Positions 1 through 17,844 of a stretch of DNA of 64,000 nt are shown here, in pieces. The notes below the pieces were generated by a model that was not told where the DNA came from, made no database searches, and saw only the letters and a program-made list of their open reading frames with translations. Origin of the DNA: Lama guanicoe (lineage: Eukaryota); assembly GCA_013239625.1 (NCBI GenBank), contig MU053934.1, positions 31,241 through 95,240 of the forward strand. The letters run 5' to 3'. Each line of letters begins with the position of its first letter. Within the stretch, counting starts at the first letter, position 1. Both the position numbers and the translations under genes were made by a program.

Positions 1-2029
1 GAGGAACAAAGATGTGGAGAGCATATTATCAAGAAATTAGGCAACAGAAACTTCGTTCACCAAGAATTTGTAATCACCCAGGGTAGTCACTCTTGCTGCA
101 TCTCGGGAATTCTTAGTTGCTCTGAATTTCCCCCTCTTTAGTCCTGGGTGCCTATATTTAGTTCCAGAAATGCAGTGGAATGCTTTTTAAAAATGGATTT
201 CCTATATATTATTATAAATGTTAGAGAAGTCAAACTCTGATATGGATGTTTCCCTTTTCCAACTTAGGAACTCAACAGCTCCAGCCCAGAACTTTTTTCT
301 AAGCTGAAGGATCCCAGGATCCTGCCGCCTACCACACTCATCCACTTGAATTTCAAACACAACGTATTAAAAATTGGAGTTAGCTCCTACCCACTCTCTC
401 CTCCTTCAAGTTCATTCACTGTCCTGAATTCCCCATAACTGGCCTGCCAGAAACCCAAACATCCAGCTAGCTTTTTCTCTCTACCTTATCTCTCCCCGTC
501 CAAGCAATCAAAAAATTCTCCTGGTTCTCTGGTCCTTTGATATCTATCTCATCTACCTCCTGGGCTCTGTATCTGCTGCCTTCTCCTATCTTGGTCACTC
601 ATTATTTCTCTCGTAGACTGTAGCAGCAATTTCTCATATGATGATTTGCAGTCTGCAGTCCCCCAAAGAGACCAAAAAAAGAACAATGAAAGTTTTTAAA
701 AATTTTTTGTGGGCTAATGGTTCATAATTCCATATATTCTCATTTGCATATACAGCAAAGGATTAATTATTAAAGATCACCTAAGTGAGGTACTAAGCAT
801 TACTGAAATTTTGTATTAATAAACTAAAATTAGCACATTAATAGGATTTACTGATTAAACTGTACCCTACAAAGAAGTCTGGCTGAATGCAGTGTTACTT
901 TACAGAAACAGTTGGAATCACCTCAGTGTCTGAAAAGATGCCGTGTTGTCAGGGTCATAGTTTTCAGTTCCTGTTCTTTGCTTTTTAATGATAATTTTCC
1001 ATATATGTCTATTTATATGACCATGCTTTGGTTTATTTATATTTAAAGATTTTATATTTAAAGATACATACATATTTTGATTGAAATATTAATCATTCAC
1101 AACCCTAATGATCAAGAAGATGTGTATAGAATCCAATCAAATTTTGGTTTAAAAAATGACATTTCATCTTAAAAGTTCAGTACTTTTTTCTCGGGAAAGC
1201 AGCAATGGTGGGATGAGGTAAGTTCTGGAGTCATTTCTCCCCCCTGCAAAGTGGACCACAGTCAAGAGAGCTGGAAGATCACCACCCCTCTTACCATCTT
1301 GGCGTTAATTCCTCGTTTCCTTCTCCCTGCCCAGCCAGGTTTCACAATTTAAACATTGAATCCCCTTTGAATAGCTCAAAAATTCTTGTGCCTACTTGCC
1401 GAACTCTTCACTTACACTCCCCACTTGAAAGGGAATTTCCAGAACATACCATGTTCTCTCACATACCTCCTTAAAAATAAAAACTCGGATGGCTTTTACT
1501 GGCAATTACATTTTTCGGCTTAGGAGTCAGTCACATCATGTCCACCCACAATTCATTAACCAAAGTTAGCTGCACAGCTCTCCCCCAGGTTCAAGCGACT
1601 AGGGAATTACAATCCTCCATGTGACCAGAAGGAGAACCAAACGTGGGAAGCCCCTGTCACAAGTCTCCTACCCAACTGCCCACAAAAACAAAATCCTGTT
1701 CTTCCCCCAATTCTCATTTAGCTGACATCGTGTGAAGCTTTCACTGTCTCTCCCCCACGGACCTCAGGCCCCTCCATGCCCCATCAGCCCTCCGTGCAGA
1801 CCAACACTAAAGCAACTATTATATTGAATTGTAATTGTCGGTTGGAACGTCCTATAAAGGGAAACAGTCATGCCCTTTCACCTTGGTATCCTCAGCCTCA
1901 ATATAGTGCATCTTACATAGAAAACATTCAATCAACTGTTATTGTTTATTGGATTAATTAATGAACAAATTCCTAATGTTTATAACTAAATGTGACAGTG
2001 CACCTTCTTCCACAATACAGCTGTTCATG

Positions 2030-2215
2030 TATAATTCCTTGACCATTACGCTGCACTCCCACCAACAGTGTAGCAGGATCCCTTTTCTGCACACCCTCTC
2101 CGGCCTTTGTCATTTGTGGACTTTGTACTGATGGCCGTTCTGACTGGTGTGAGGTCATGCCTCATTGTAGTTTGGATTTGCACTTCTCTGATAATTAGTG
2201 ATATAGAATGCACTT
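2030..2215 (-). mobile_element. LINE-1 fragment
   Basis: L1 antisense text: cccaccaacagtgtag...ttctgactggtgtgaggt...cctcattgtagtttggatttgcacttctctgataattagtga. Confidence 0.75.
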
Positions 2216-3815
2216 TTTACACGGTGAATTACCAACTTTATTGAATGTCTACGTTGTACACATGAATGTGCTTCTTTCTGAGAAGGCAGAGGAGAAGCCT
2301 TAAAGGACCATAAGCCTTCAAAGAGCTCATCAGGGTGAATATGGGGACAATGTGACAGCTCAGCACAGGACAGACAATGAAGTTGTAGATGCCATGCGAT
2401 TGGCATCTGTGTGTCACAAACCGCGAGTCCTCTGCGTTCAGGGTTGGCTTGCTCTGGATGCAGGGTGGGCTGGAGGGGAGACGAGCCGGAGGTAAGGCCA
2501 TGTCAGCAGTCCCACCACGAAATTCAGGTCTAAAGCAGATTTCACTCACCAGAGTACATGGAGGACATCTGACTTGCAGAATTTCTTACACAAGGAAGAC
2601 ATTTTCAGTGCGGTGTTTCTGTATTCAGGTTTCTTTTATTCTCATTGTTTTTCACAAAAATTAGTAGTCATATGTGTATGAATATGTGTGTGTGTAAACT
2701 TTTCTATTTTAGAAGATAGTATACTTGTTAGGAAACATAAGATTACCTTAACTTCCTAGGTGTTAAAACATCCATTCATTTTTTTAGCAGGTTAGAGCTT
2801 ACCATTCAATGTCTGTATAAGATTTCTAGCGTGCTAAATTACTCTTCAACGGAAAATCATTTTGAATCAGCCATCAAGGAAACTATGTTTTAGATGACTG
2901 TGTAGACACTGACACCAGCCCTCACTGTCTCTGGGTCGGGACACTGTGAGACCCAGGTGTAAATGGTGCCGTGTGTGAGTTCAGCTCCTATTTGACTGAG
3001 TTGGAAATAGACCATTCCCATGCCAGCGAGCAGCCAGCTCACAGAGGTGTCACAGTGACGGGAGGTGGGGGCCTGCGGGGAGAGGACGTGTGGCGACATC
3101 TGAAACAGCCTGGAGTGATGCCACAGGGAGAGCGGCAGCACCTGCAGGACACTGTGCGCTGAAATTGTTCTGAGTAATAGGGTGAGTGTATTATCTCATT
3201 TACTTGCTAAGCGCAGTAGTAAATTGTGTGTCGAGAGGGCGAAAAATACCAGCCAACTACATGACCTTACTCCTCTCTTTGCAACAATTTCTTCTCTCTT
3301 GCCTCAGCATTTTGTGATGTTACCAGAACTCATATATAGATTGAAATCACTGTTTTCTAGCTCAGTGAAGGAAATTTAACAAATACTCAGTTGCATGGGC
3401 ACAAATAAAAAGATCATACTGTACCTTAAACCGAAGTCACACTCGAAAGACAAATGAAATCAGAATACTCCTCTGGAAAGCGGTCACTAAAAAGGGAACA
3501 CTTCTGCCTCTTTGCAAACAAGATTATGTTTCATCACATGTTTGAGAAATCAGTTACACTTCATGTAATTTCTCCGTGTTGAATGCCCAATGGTTGTGTT
3601 GGGGCTTGACCAAAGTGGGAATTGAAATATTTGCTCATACTGTGAAAGGGGAAATGAGATGCAGCTTAAGCTCTAACTGTATTGGCCCTGGAATTTTAAA
3701 GTTGACAGAAAGAATGGTACTCAGAAAGAATTCACAAAGGTGTCACAAGCTTTCCACAACCATCCGTCATTTACACATCAGCATCTGGATTTTTTTTTTA
3801 GTGCTGCTCGTATTC

Positions 3816-4125
3816 TTTTCTTTTGAATTGAAGTCCAGTCAGATTACTATGCTGTGTTGATTTCTGGTGCACAGCACTGTGGTTTAGTTATACACACATA
3901 TGTTCCTTTTCATATTCTTTTTCATTACAGGCCCTTACAGTGTATTGAATATAGTTCCCTGTGCTCTGCAGTAGGACCTTGTGGTTTATGTATTTTATGT
4001 ATAGTCGTGAGTGTCTACAAATCTCAAACTCCCAATTTACCCCTCCACCCTTTTCCCCCCGGTAACCATAAGTTTGTTTTCGGTGTCTGTGAGTCTGTTT
4101 CTGTTTTGTAAATAAGTTCATTTTA
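3816..4125 (-). mobile_element. LINE-1 3' end fragment
   Basis: ttgaatatagttccctgtgct...ggtaaccataagtttgttttc...tgtgagtctgtttctgttttgtaaataag; the same text recurs at 59815-60120. Confidence 0.8.
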
Positions 4126-5994
4126 ATGCAGCTCCTGAAGCTCAGGGAAAATTAATATTTAACTTTATTCCACTGAAATCTGAGAAACCACTGATGGGGT
4201 ACAGTAGTTCTACACAGGAGAAAGATCAAGTTAAATGAAAGAATATTCCTACATATATGGCTGAGTTGATACACATAGAGAAATGTTTAGGACTTCAAAT
4301 AACCACCTGTTTTTGTTTTTTCTAATTCTGCACATTCCTCTGTGTGTGTATAATTATTTATTATTTTGTTTATTGCAAATGCAAAAATATATGCTGAGAG
4401 AAGAAAACTTTAAAAATGCCAAAAAATGCAGAGTAAATAAAACTTCTGAAAAGTAATCATGAATAACCACTGTGAACATTTCGTTGTATGTCTTTTAGTT
4501 CTTTTTCTTACACAATATATTTTTAAACTTTTAAATCACAAAATACATGTGTATATTTTAAAAAGTCATCTAAATTGTTATAAGGTTAATGAGGAAAAAC
4601 AGGCTTAACCTTTCCAATTTAATTCCCAACACCAGAGGTAACCCCTTTTTAACTTCTTTAGCTATTTTTAGCTTGTTTAACTACACTCTAGTGTTACTGC
4701 CACATATCTCAGGAGCAGGGTGATTCTACCATTTCTTCATTTTCAACCATGGATATTTTCTGTTTATTTCTACCCAGGAAAATGCAGGTTTAGCTCTCTC
4801 TCACCTCCCCCTGCTCTGTTTTCCCCTTTACACGCAAGCACAAACACTCCCAGATGAGTCTAATATGATGGTACAATTTGGTTGTATTTCCACTCAAGGC
4901 TTTTGGTTTTCTCAGAATTAATAATTGCCTTAGTTTTCTGTTTGCTTAGGTTTCCATATATTTATTTATGTTTTAATTCATTACCAGAAGTCTCAGCCAA
5001 GCTCCCTTCAATAGGTGCAGACACTCCAGGCCATCTTTAAGTTTGGATTTCCAACATGGAGCCATCCCCTCCTGCTACAACATGGATTGGCTTCGATTAG
5101 CCTGTAGCACATCTGTCAGTGCCGGGCATCTCTTCCTCCTTCACCTCGATAATTCCTTCTCCTCTCTCCTGTGCTAGAGCTGTGTTTCCTGGAACCCACA
5201 TCTTCTATCTTAGTGCCTCTCTTTTAAATGGAAAGTGTCCTTCAGAGGCTTCGTGAGAAACAGTGCAGAAAGAAGTGTTTTTGGTCCCTGAGAATGTCTT
5301 TGTTTTTTTCTTCTCACACTTGACAGATTGTATATAAGAATCTAGGTTTAACATCGTTGGCCTTAAATTTTAAAATTCTCTTTATCCCTGAAATTCTAAA
5401 ATTTCACGATAGTGTGCATGATATGGATTTTATTCTATAGCATTGTGCTGGGTACTTGGTGGTCATTTCTGTCTGGAAACCTGTGTCCCTCAGTTTTGTG
5501 AATTTATTTTACATTTCCTTTTTTTAAATATTCTGTTTAAGAATTCTTATTAATTGGATGTTTGATCTCTTTATTCTGCAGTTTATTTTTTTCATATTTT
5601 CTCTGCTGTTTTTAATCTCTGTCTTTTTATTCTACTTCTGGGAATATTTCTCTAATTTTTCTCTTGGCTTTTCTATTAAATGTTTTATGAATGTGGTAAT
5701 ATTTTTAAATCACAAGGGCTCCTCTCTTGTTCCCTGATTGTTTGCTATACAGCAGTCCTGCGTGTTCCATGGATGTGACATTTTCTCTTACTTCTCTGAG
5801 ATATTCATTACAGTTGTATTTCCTTCTTTCTTCTTTCTTCTTTCTTCTTTTCTTGCCTCTGTTTCCTCTGAGTTCCTCTTCTCCAAGTGTTTATTTTGAT
5901 CTGTCTTCCACAATAGCGGCTTTCATCAAGTATCTGGCAACTGTTGCTGACTATGTATAATTAAGAGATAGGCACCAAGGAGCTGAGCGGAAAA

Positions 5995-8900
5995 TGTCAG
6001 AAGGTTTGACACTGATTAAATAAGATCACAAACTGTTATGAAACAATAGTTAGTTATGTATTTCAAAGGCAAATACAGGAAGTAATGGACCTGGAAAAAA
6101 AGACTTATCTCTTTTAGTTTTGGGAAAACTTGGGCTTTTTAAGTAATCAAAGACCAGATGAAGATCATAAAGCACATGCAATTAATGATCTCGATAAGAC
6201 TCAGAATCCTTGTTTCCCAGGCGAGTTACTTAACAGGTAAAGAAAAATTTTCACAGTAATCGAGGACAATTTTGATCATTTAACCGGGACAAAAAATTAA
6301 ATTCTAGTTTAGCATCGGCACACTACTGCTGTTAAAGCTCATTTAAAAAACCCATATCATAAATTCATTCCATTTTCATTCACTTGACCACACAAGACAG
6401 GAATCCCTCCTCTCTCTTTCTCTCTCACTCATTCTGTCTCTCTTTTCCAAACTTGCTGTATTCATGTAGATTTGGTCCTTCATTTTCTTTTGTCCTGGTC
6501 TAAAACAAGCTCTAAATAATCTCTAACTTAGGATAAAATGATTCTACTTTCTCTTAACAAAACCGCATCCTGATACCTCATGCCTTTCCCTGCAAAATAT
6601 ATCTTACTTCCCTTGGATACTTTGCACACAGTTTTTTCCTTTACCCTTATTATTTCTAGTAGTTTCCATTACATATATTGATTAGAGTGCTTAACCTTTA
6701 GTAACACAAATTTCCAAAAAAGTTGGGAGTAAGCAGTTGTGAACTGTCTGCCACATATTGACATTGCGTAGTAGACTAGCAAATGGAGGAATATATCATT
6801 TTGTAATGTCTAGAGACATATGCCTTTTTATAGTACAGTTTTTTAACGTGGCAAAAAGAACATGTTATTAATGGACCTTAATGTCTTTATTCTCTATAAT
6901 AAGAAGCCAAACGTAGGTAAACTTAAACCTATGTTTAGCAATTAGTGTTTCAGTATTTTCTCTGATTTAGAAATGATATTGATATTTAATGAATAGCCAT
7001 CATTTAAGGTTAAGGTTACAAAAAGGATTTGGGAACTTTTTTCAGGCAGCCGTATTTTATAAAACACGATCACGGCTGCAAAATTCATTTACAGCATTTT
7101 CTCCCGCTTTCATCCAGTTAATTCATGGGTTCTTGACAATTGTTCTTGAATTGCCATGAGGATTTCATGAGATTTAAAAAATTAACCATCATTTTAAGTT
7201 ATTTTTCTCGTTGACAAACCAGGCAAGTGGCACATATCACAGAAACAAAGAATATAAAAAGTTAAGCGTGGGTTTTGTTTTCCTGCCATGTTGACATACA
7301 TTGAGCAAGTCATTTTTATTGTACATTTAGTTCTTATGTTGAATTTGCAGTTACATAATCTCAAACACCTCGTAGAGATAACGTGAACTTATTTGACTAG
7401 TCTTCATTTATATGTGCTTACATTTTCTTTAAGCCAATTAAATTAAGCTTTTTTACAAGTTAGTTGTTAAGAGTAACATCCAGAGTGAGAAATACATCAC
7501 ATATACGTAACATACACACATAGACGTACAGACAGATGGAAACAGATTTTATAGCTTTCATTTAAATATTTTAGCCGCACGTCAGGTACAACAGTACAAA
7601 ACTCAGTAACTTATAAGAGTTGGATCCAAGTGGTGTTTCTGGCAGATGGAACAAGTTAAGGTTACCCACTCAGATAGCTGAAGCCTTTGACCATATCCAG
7701 GGAGAAGAGTTTTTAAGATTTTTATTTGTCTTTAATAGAAATATACGAAGGCTCTAGACAAAACTTGGGGAAAGAAAGCTTATAGAACATATAGCAGTTT
7801 GCTTTTTTAAAAAATCTCTATTTTCTTTTTCTTTTTCCTTTATTGTTCCTGTTCCACGGTTGCTTTTGCCAACAATTCTCTTTGGATGCTTACATCTCAA
7901 AGATAAATTATGATTAATAGTTCCAAGGGACTGAGGGAGAAGTGTAGGTTTTACTTAAGAATGAACTCAGGGGCATACTTGCCTAGTCTTAAATGTGTAG
8001 TGTAATTACTATAAACTTTTTCTTTCCTTTAAGAGTCTGGTAGTCCAAGAAATTTTTTTTGGTAGAACAGGTCCAATGTGTGGAAGGTCTGGAACCAGTG
8101 GGGTATGATTACAGAGTGAGGGACAACAAATCAAAATTTTCTGTGTATCTTCTGAGTCTTTGTCAAATCTGTTTCCTGGTTATCAATATTTACCTACCTT
8201 TTACACCTGCTTCAGTGCCATCTGCAGATCCTGACCTTTTTTCTAAGTTTGATCACCTCCTAATCTTCTTAACAAAGTGTTTTGTTTTCTCTTTTCTCAC
8301 AAGATGTTCTTCTGTATCAATTTCTCTCTCTTGTCTATTTTTTTCAATCTTCCCTTAGGTATCAATAAGGCATTTGTTTAAGATGAGAGCTCTCTTACTG
8401 GTGACTCCAAACAAGTAGGTCTTTTTTATGCTTAAAACCAGTAAGCCAGGGAGGAGGGTAAAGCTCAGTGGTAGAGCATGTGCTTAGCGTGCACAAGGTC
8501 CTGGTTTCAATCCCCAGTACCTCCATTAAAAACAAATAAACCTACTTACCTCCCACCACACACACACACACACACACATACACAAAACAATAAGCTGTTT
8601 ATGGCTTAACCATGTTCACAAGAGATGTCCTTAAAGAAATACAGCCCTCTCAATGCAGAGTCACTCTGAAGACAACTTAAAAACCAAAGACCTTCATTGT
8701 CACAGGTGGCAAAGAAACCTCTATCTCCCACAAGACAGACACTGTAAATCACAGACCCTCTAAGCTGTGTTACCAGAAAGGTGATACTGGGATGAGAATT
8801 TTCCCAGCACAAGCGAAGCAATGAAGGCATAGAGATGACACAGGCCCTTTATAGCCAGTGACCCTTTATTAAGACACACTTCCCTGAAAGCTGCCATGCT

Positions 8901-9866
8901 TGGACAAAGTTGCCTGTCACTTCATGTCTCAGGCTTCTAGCTGGCTCAGGACATAAAAGAAGACAAATGGAGTTTCTCATCTTATGATTTCTCATCCTTA
9001 TGACAAATGACACAAAACAAAAGAGACAAAGGAAAATATGACTGTTTCTGGGAGGCTAAGAATTAACACCTATAGGCATGGATTACCAAAACCAAATTCA
9101 CAAAAGTCAGGATTCAAGAGCTATTTATACAAATGTTTCCTCCTGCCATTGTGAATTTGGAGAAGAGACAAGGAGAAATGTTTATCCTCCTCCTGACTGT
9201 GCACTGCAAACAGAGATCTGGGAGTCGATGTGCTTCAGAATTCTCACCTTCTGTGGGTCTGCTCTCACTTACCTCATATCTCAGCTGTGGTCTCCGAGGA
9301 GAGTGGATTGTTCCAGGCTTTACTGTCCCATCCTCACCACCAAGAACTGTACAGGAGGGAAAAATACCTTTTTCTTCTACCCTTTTAGGTTTTTTGTGGA
9401 CTCTATAACAAAAGAGAAAAATAAACAAGTGTATTAACATGCATGTCTCATATGTACTTGGGAGAAATGCAAGGATGAGTAACTCAAAGAGGTGGCTGGA
9501 GGTCAGACATACATAGCATCTTAATCAAAGAACAATGTACTTTTATAAGAGTGACGTGACAGAGAAAAAGGGTCTTAGGCTTCAAAGGGTGGCAAATTGT
9601 AGGCAGATAAACCTGTAAGAAACCAGTGGCAGATACTAGCTGGTCAGTCCAGGCTGTTACGTCGTGTCCTCCAGGGCTGTCTCGGGGCTGACAGGCATCT
9701 GGGCTTGTTGGAGTTTGACATTTGTACAAATCTATGTTCTGCATTCGGGCAAATAGCGGGTAGACAGAGAAATTTCCTTGGATCTGCTTATTCTCAATTG
9801 CCTTCAGTTCAAAATACTCCTTACGCTGAAGGGGTGTAGTTTTTGGTGGCATTTGGTGCTATTCAT
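5995..9866 (-). mobile_element. Degenerate ERV1-class provirus: MER34-like 5' LTR (~9348-9866), primer-binding site and internal sequence
   Basis: On the minus strand the LTR contains tgccaccaaaa...ggagtattttgaactgaaggcaattgagaa and ends TGTACA. It is followed by a PBS-like TGGTGGTGAGGATGGGAC (9342-9325, tRNA-Leu-like) and AT-rich non-coding internal sequence. Left boundary approximate. Confidence 0.55.
8449..8584 (+). mobile_element. tRNA-derived SINE (camelid Vic-1-like)
   Basis: A box agctcagtggtagagc, B box ggtttcaatccc, body ending aataaacctacttacctccc, (CA)n tail. Confidence 0.85.
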
Positions 9867-10239
9867 CTGTAGGTTTCATTACAAGTTTCCTTGCCTTATA
9901 AGGACCCCTTTATGTTCTAACACAGAAAGGTGAAGTAAGGCTTTGTCAACAAGGAGTTGTTAGGATTGCTGTTCCCATGAGACACATTTACAACAGTAAA
10001 ACATTAATTTAGAAGTTAAAAATCTACAATAGTATCCAAAGAAGTTAGTATCGGAATCTGGCTGAGCAGCGTGCTGCTGCGCTATGTCCCTGTGGAAACA
10101 ACAGGCAAGGTGTCGTGTTCTTTTGTGGAAAGTGCATTTAAGGAAATTTTAACTGAAAAAGATGAAGACCCCAGAGCGAAGGCACATAAAACAATTTAAT
10201 GCGAATGAGTGTTAATCAAAGATGGGAGCTCATTTTCAG

Positions 10240-10545
10240 TTGCGTAAAATGTTCGTTCCATTATTTTTTTAATTTATAGTTGCTCAAATTCATTACAAAA
10301 CAGGAGGAAGTTTCTCTTTTGGCAGCAGTGCTAATCCAGATTGTTCCTGAGCAATAACTTTAAACAAGCTCATTTCATTATTTTCCGGCAGGTGAAGTCT
10401 TAGTATGTGAGAATATCCCTCTTCAAACATAAGAAAGAAAATATTTTAAGGCAGTGGGCCAATAAATGGTTCCTGTTTCCCCCAAATCTCAAGGGGTGGA
10501 GCTCCCGAACCCCCAGGAGTAAGGGAAGTCCAAAGGAGTTAAATA
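10240..10545 (+). promoter_or_regulatory. Lysozyme proximal promoter
   Basis: TATA-like TTAAATA at 10539-10545, CCAAT at 10459-10463, PU.1/Ets GAGGAAGT at 10304-10311 and GGAAGT near 10524, C/EBP-like TTGCGTAA at 10240-10247. Motif matches only. Confidence 0.7.
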
Positions 10546-10596
10546 CTGGGGCCGGCTCAGCCCCGGGCAGACTGCAGTCCGGGCACCTCAGTCACC

Positions 10597-15469
<4,873 letters not shown>

Positions 15470-16317
15470 CTGCGGAGTTTCCTTCTTCAGCTCATTTTGT
15501 CTCTTTTTCATATCAAGGAATCAAAATTTAAGTGACAGGTCATACTACCATTCTTTCAAGCAAATAATGTTTCTACAAAAGCAGGAGCATGTGGTCTTTT
15601 TTCTAAGAGGCTTAATATTTACTAACGTGTTTCTTGTTGGATATGAGGCCTACAGTGCTTTTCGGTTGGCTAACAGAACTAATGCTGGTGAACATTTGTC
15701 TAAAACCATAATTATCAAATAGATCTGCAGCCCATTCAGTTCTTAATCAAGGAAATAACCCAGACTAAATCTTGAATGATACAAGTACTGGCCAATATTC
15801 AATGGAAATGTAACTAAAGAGTATCTTGAATGGATCTTAGGCAAAGTGCCACCTGTGTAGGCACGTGACATCTTCATCTGTTCAGTCATCTTCAAAAACA
15901 GGTAACGATAACCAGTGTTTGCTGGGTAATGTAACATTTTAAAGGGCACAGAAGGCCAAATGGCTAAAAATGAAGACAATCTGAATTAAGATTTTTGTTT
16001 CCATTAAGTGTGTGGCCTTTGCTTTAACTGTTTTCTTAGAAAGCTTGTGTTTACGAAGCTTTAAAAATAAACACACAAGCTATATATCGATATATTTTAG
16101 CCCTTTTAAAGAACTCCTTCATGCATCTTGCTGACCACGAAGAGAGATTAGATCAAGAAATAGAGAGTTTAGATGAGGGGTTGCTTTTCCTTAATTTCAT
16201 TAGCTTCCTGCATTATGAGTAAATTCAGAGGCCGATGAGCTTGCAAGTATGGAAATAATTGCTAATTAACCACAGATGAGAAATCACTCATGCTGTTAAA
16301 AAAATACAAACACGATC

Positions 16318-16323
16318 ATTAAA
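16318..16323 (+). terminator. Probable lysozyme polyadenylation signal (ATTAAA)
   Basis: ATTAAA followed about 20 nt later by a T/GT-rich tract (cttttgtttctttttt). An alternative AATAAA lies at 16066-16071. Confidence 0.5.
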
Positions 16324-17508
16324 GGCTTTGCAAGTCATACCTTTTGTTTCTTTTTTTAGACCCTTTTAGTGTCTTTGATGAAAAAAAATATGTATGTATA
16401 TATTTGGGGAAATGACTTGGCACCTTAGTCTTTGCTGTACCCACACAGCTGGATGATGCGGGAGAGAAACCCCTGAGCGGGCTGACAGGTCTCACTTGAA
16501 ACTCATAACCACAGATCTCACGTGGGCCCTCCAGTCTGCCCGGCCATCTGAGTCACTTCTCTGCAGCCCTCTGTCTGAGTCCCCACTCTCCAAAATGACC
16601 AGCACTGTTTCACTTCTCCTCTCTTCAAACTCCCAGCACACACGCCCAACCACTCACCTTCTCCCCGCTCTGATCTCAGTAGATGACCGGCCGCGGGGTA
16701 CCCTGGGAGAAGAGGAGCAACTCAGGCCAAGCCCTCCCCTCCTGGCCACCATAGGAGACGCCACATCTCCCCTGGGCCTCTCCCCTCTTCCTTCCCCGCT
16801 ATAACTCGGTTGAAGGGGCTCTGCCCCTGCCAGTGGCAGTGTCCCCACATGCAACCTCCACCGCAGCCCCCTCACTCCTCCAATTGAGGCTGAGTGTGTC
16901 CTGCATCCTGAGTTTCTCCCTCTTTGCTGGATCAGCCCCCTCATTGTGCAAACTGTCCCAGTAACCTTCCCTCTTACAAAGAAATCTGTGTTGACTCTAC
17001 ATAACCTACAAATACCACATCGTTCTCCGCTCCGTTTGACAGCAACACTTCTGGGACGAGGTATCTCTATTCACCAAGTCCATGTCCTCACACCCTTTTT
17101 CTTTTCAACCCTTCCTAATGTGACTGCTCTCCTCACTCAGCTGAAGACTGCTCCAACGTGCCTCCTCCCATCACTCCTTGGGGCCAACCCTAGGGACCAC
17201 CTGTTCTCTGTTCATCTTGTTTGATCTCTCAGCAGCATCTGACAAATTGGGCCACTTCATCCTTCTAGAAAACTCTTTCTCCCTCAGCTTCTCCTTTACA
17301 TCCTGCCTCACCGATGCCCTCTCCTCAATCCCTGGCTGGCGATTTGTCCGCTATTTAATTTCTAACTGTGGGAGGCCCTCGGGCTCATGCCTGTAACCAT
17401 TTGCTAGACTACATGTTTTTCTTATGTATTTATTTGTCTCTTCTTGCTGAAATATAAATTCCAAAAGAACAGAGGTATTTTTTTCTCCCACATTTTAAAG
17501 ACATTGAA

Positions 17509-17844
17509 GGAGGGACGGTAAAGCTCAAGTGATAGGTGTGCATGCTTCCACGTAGGAGGTCCTGGGTTCATCTTCAGTGGATCTTAGGCAGAGTCCCATC
17601 TATGTAGGCATGTGACGCCTTCATCTGTTCAGTCATCTTCAAAAACAGGAAATGATAACCACTGTTTTTGCACAATGTAACATTTTAAAAGGAACAGAAT
17701 GTCAAATGGCTAAAAGTGAAGACAATCTGAATTTAGAATTTTGTTCCTGAGTTCAGTGGAGGAACCCAGTACCTCCACTGAAATAAATAATTAAGTAAAT
17801 AAACCTAATTACTTCCCACCCCCTAAAAAGAAAAAAAAAAAAAC
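17509..17844 (+). mobile_element. tRNA-derived SINE (Vic-1-like) carrying an internal insertion
   Basis: SINE head 17509-17570, body resumes near 17764, poly-A tail, 13-bp TSD TAAAGACATTGAA at 17496-17508 and 17845-17857. Confidence 0.85.

Noticed and set aside
8449..8525. tRNA-like A/B boxes here and at 11180-11253, 17509-17570 and 46935-47006
   Set aside because: These are SINE heads with shared non-tRNA bodies and tails, not tRNA genes.
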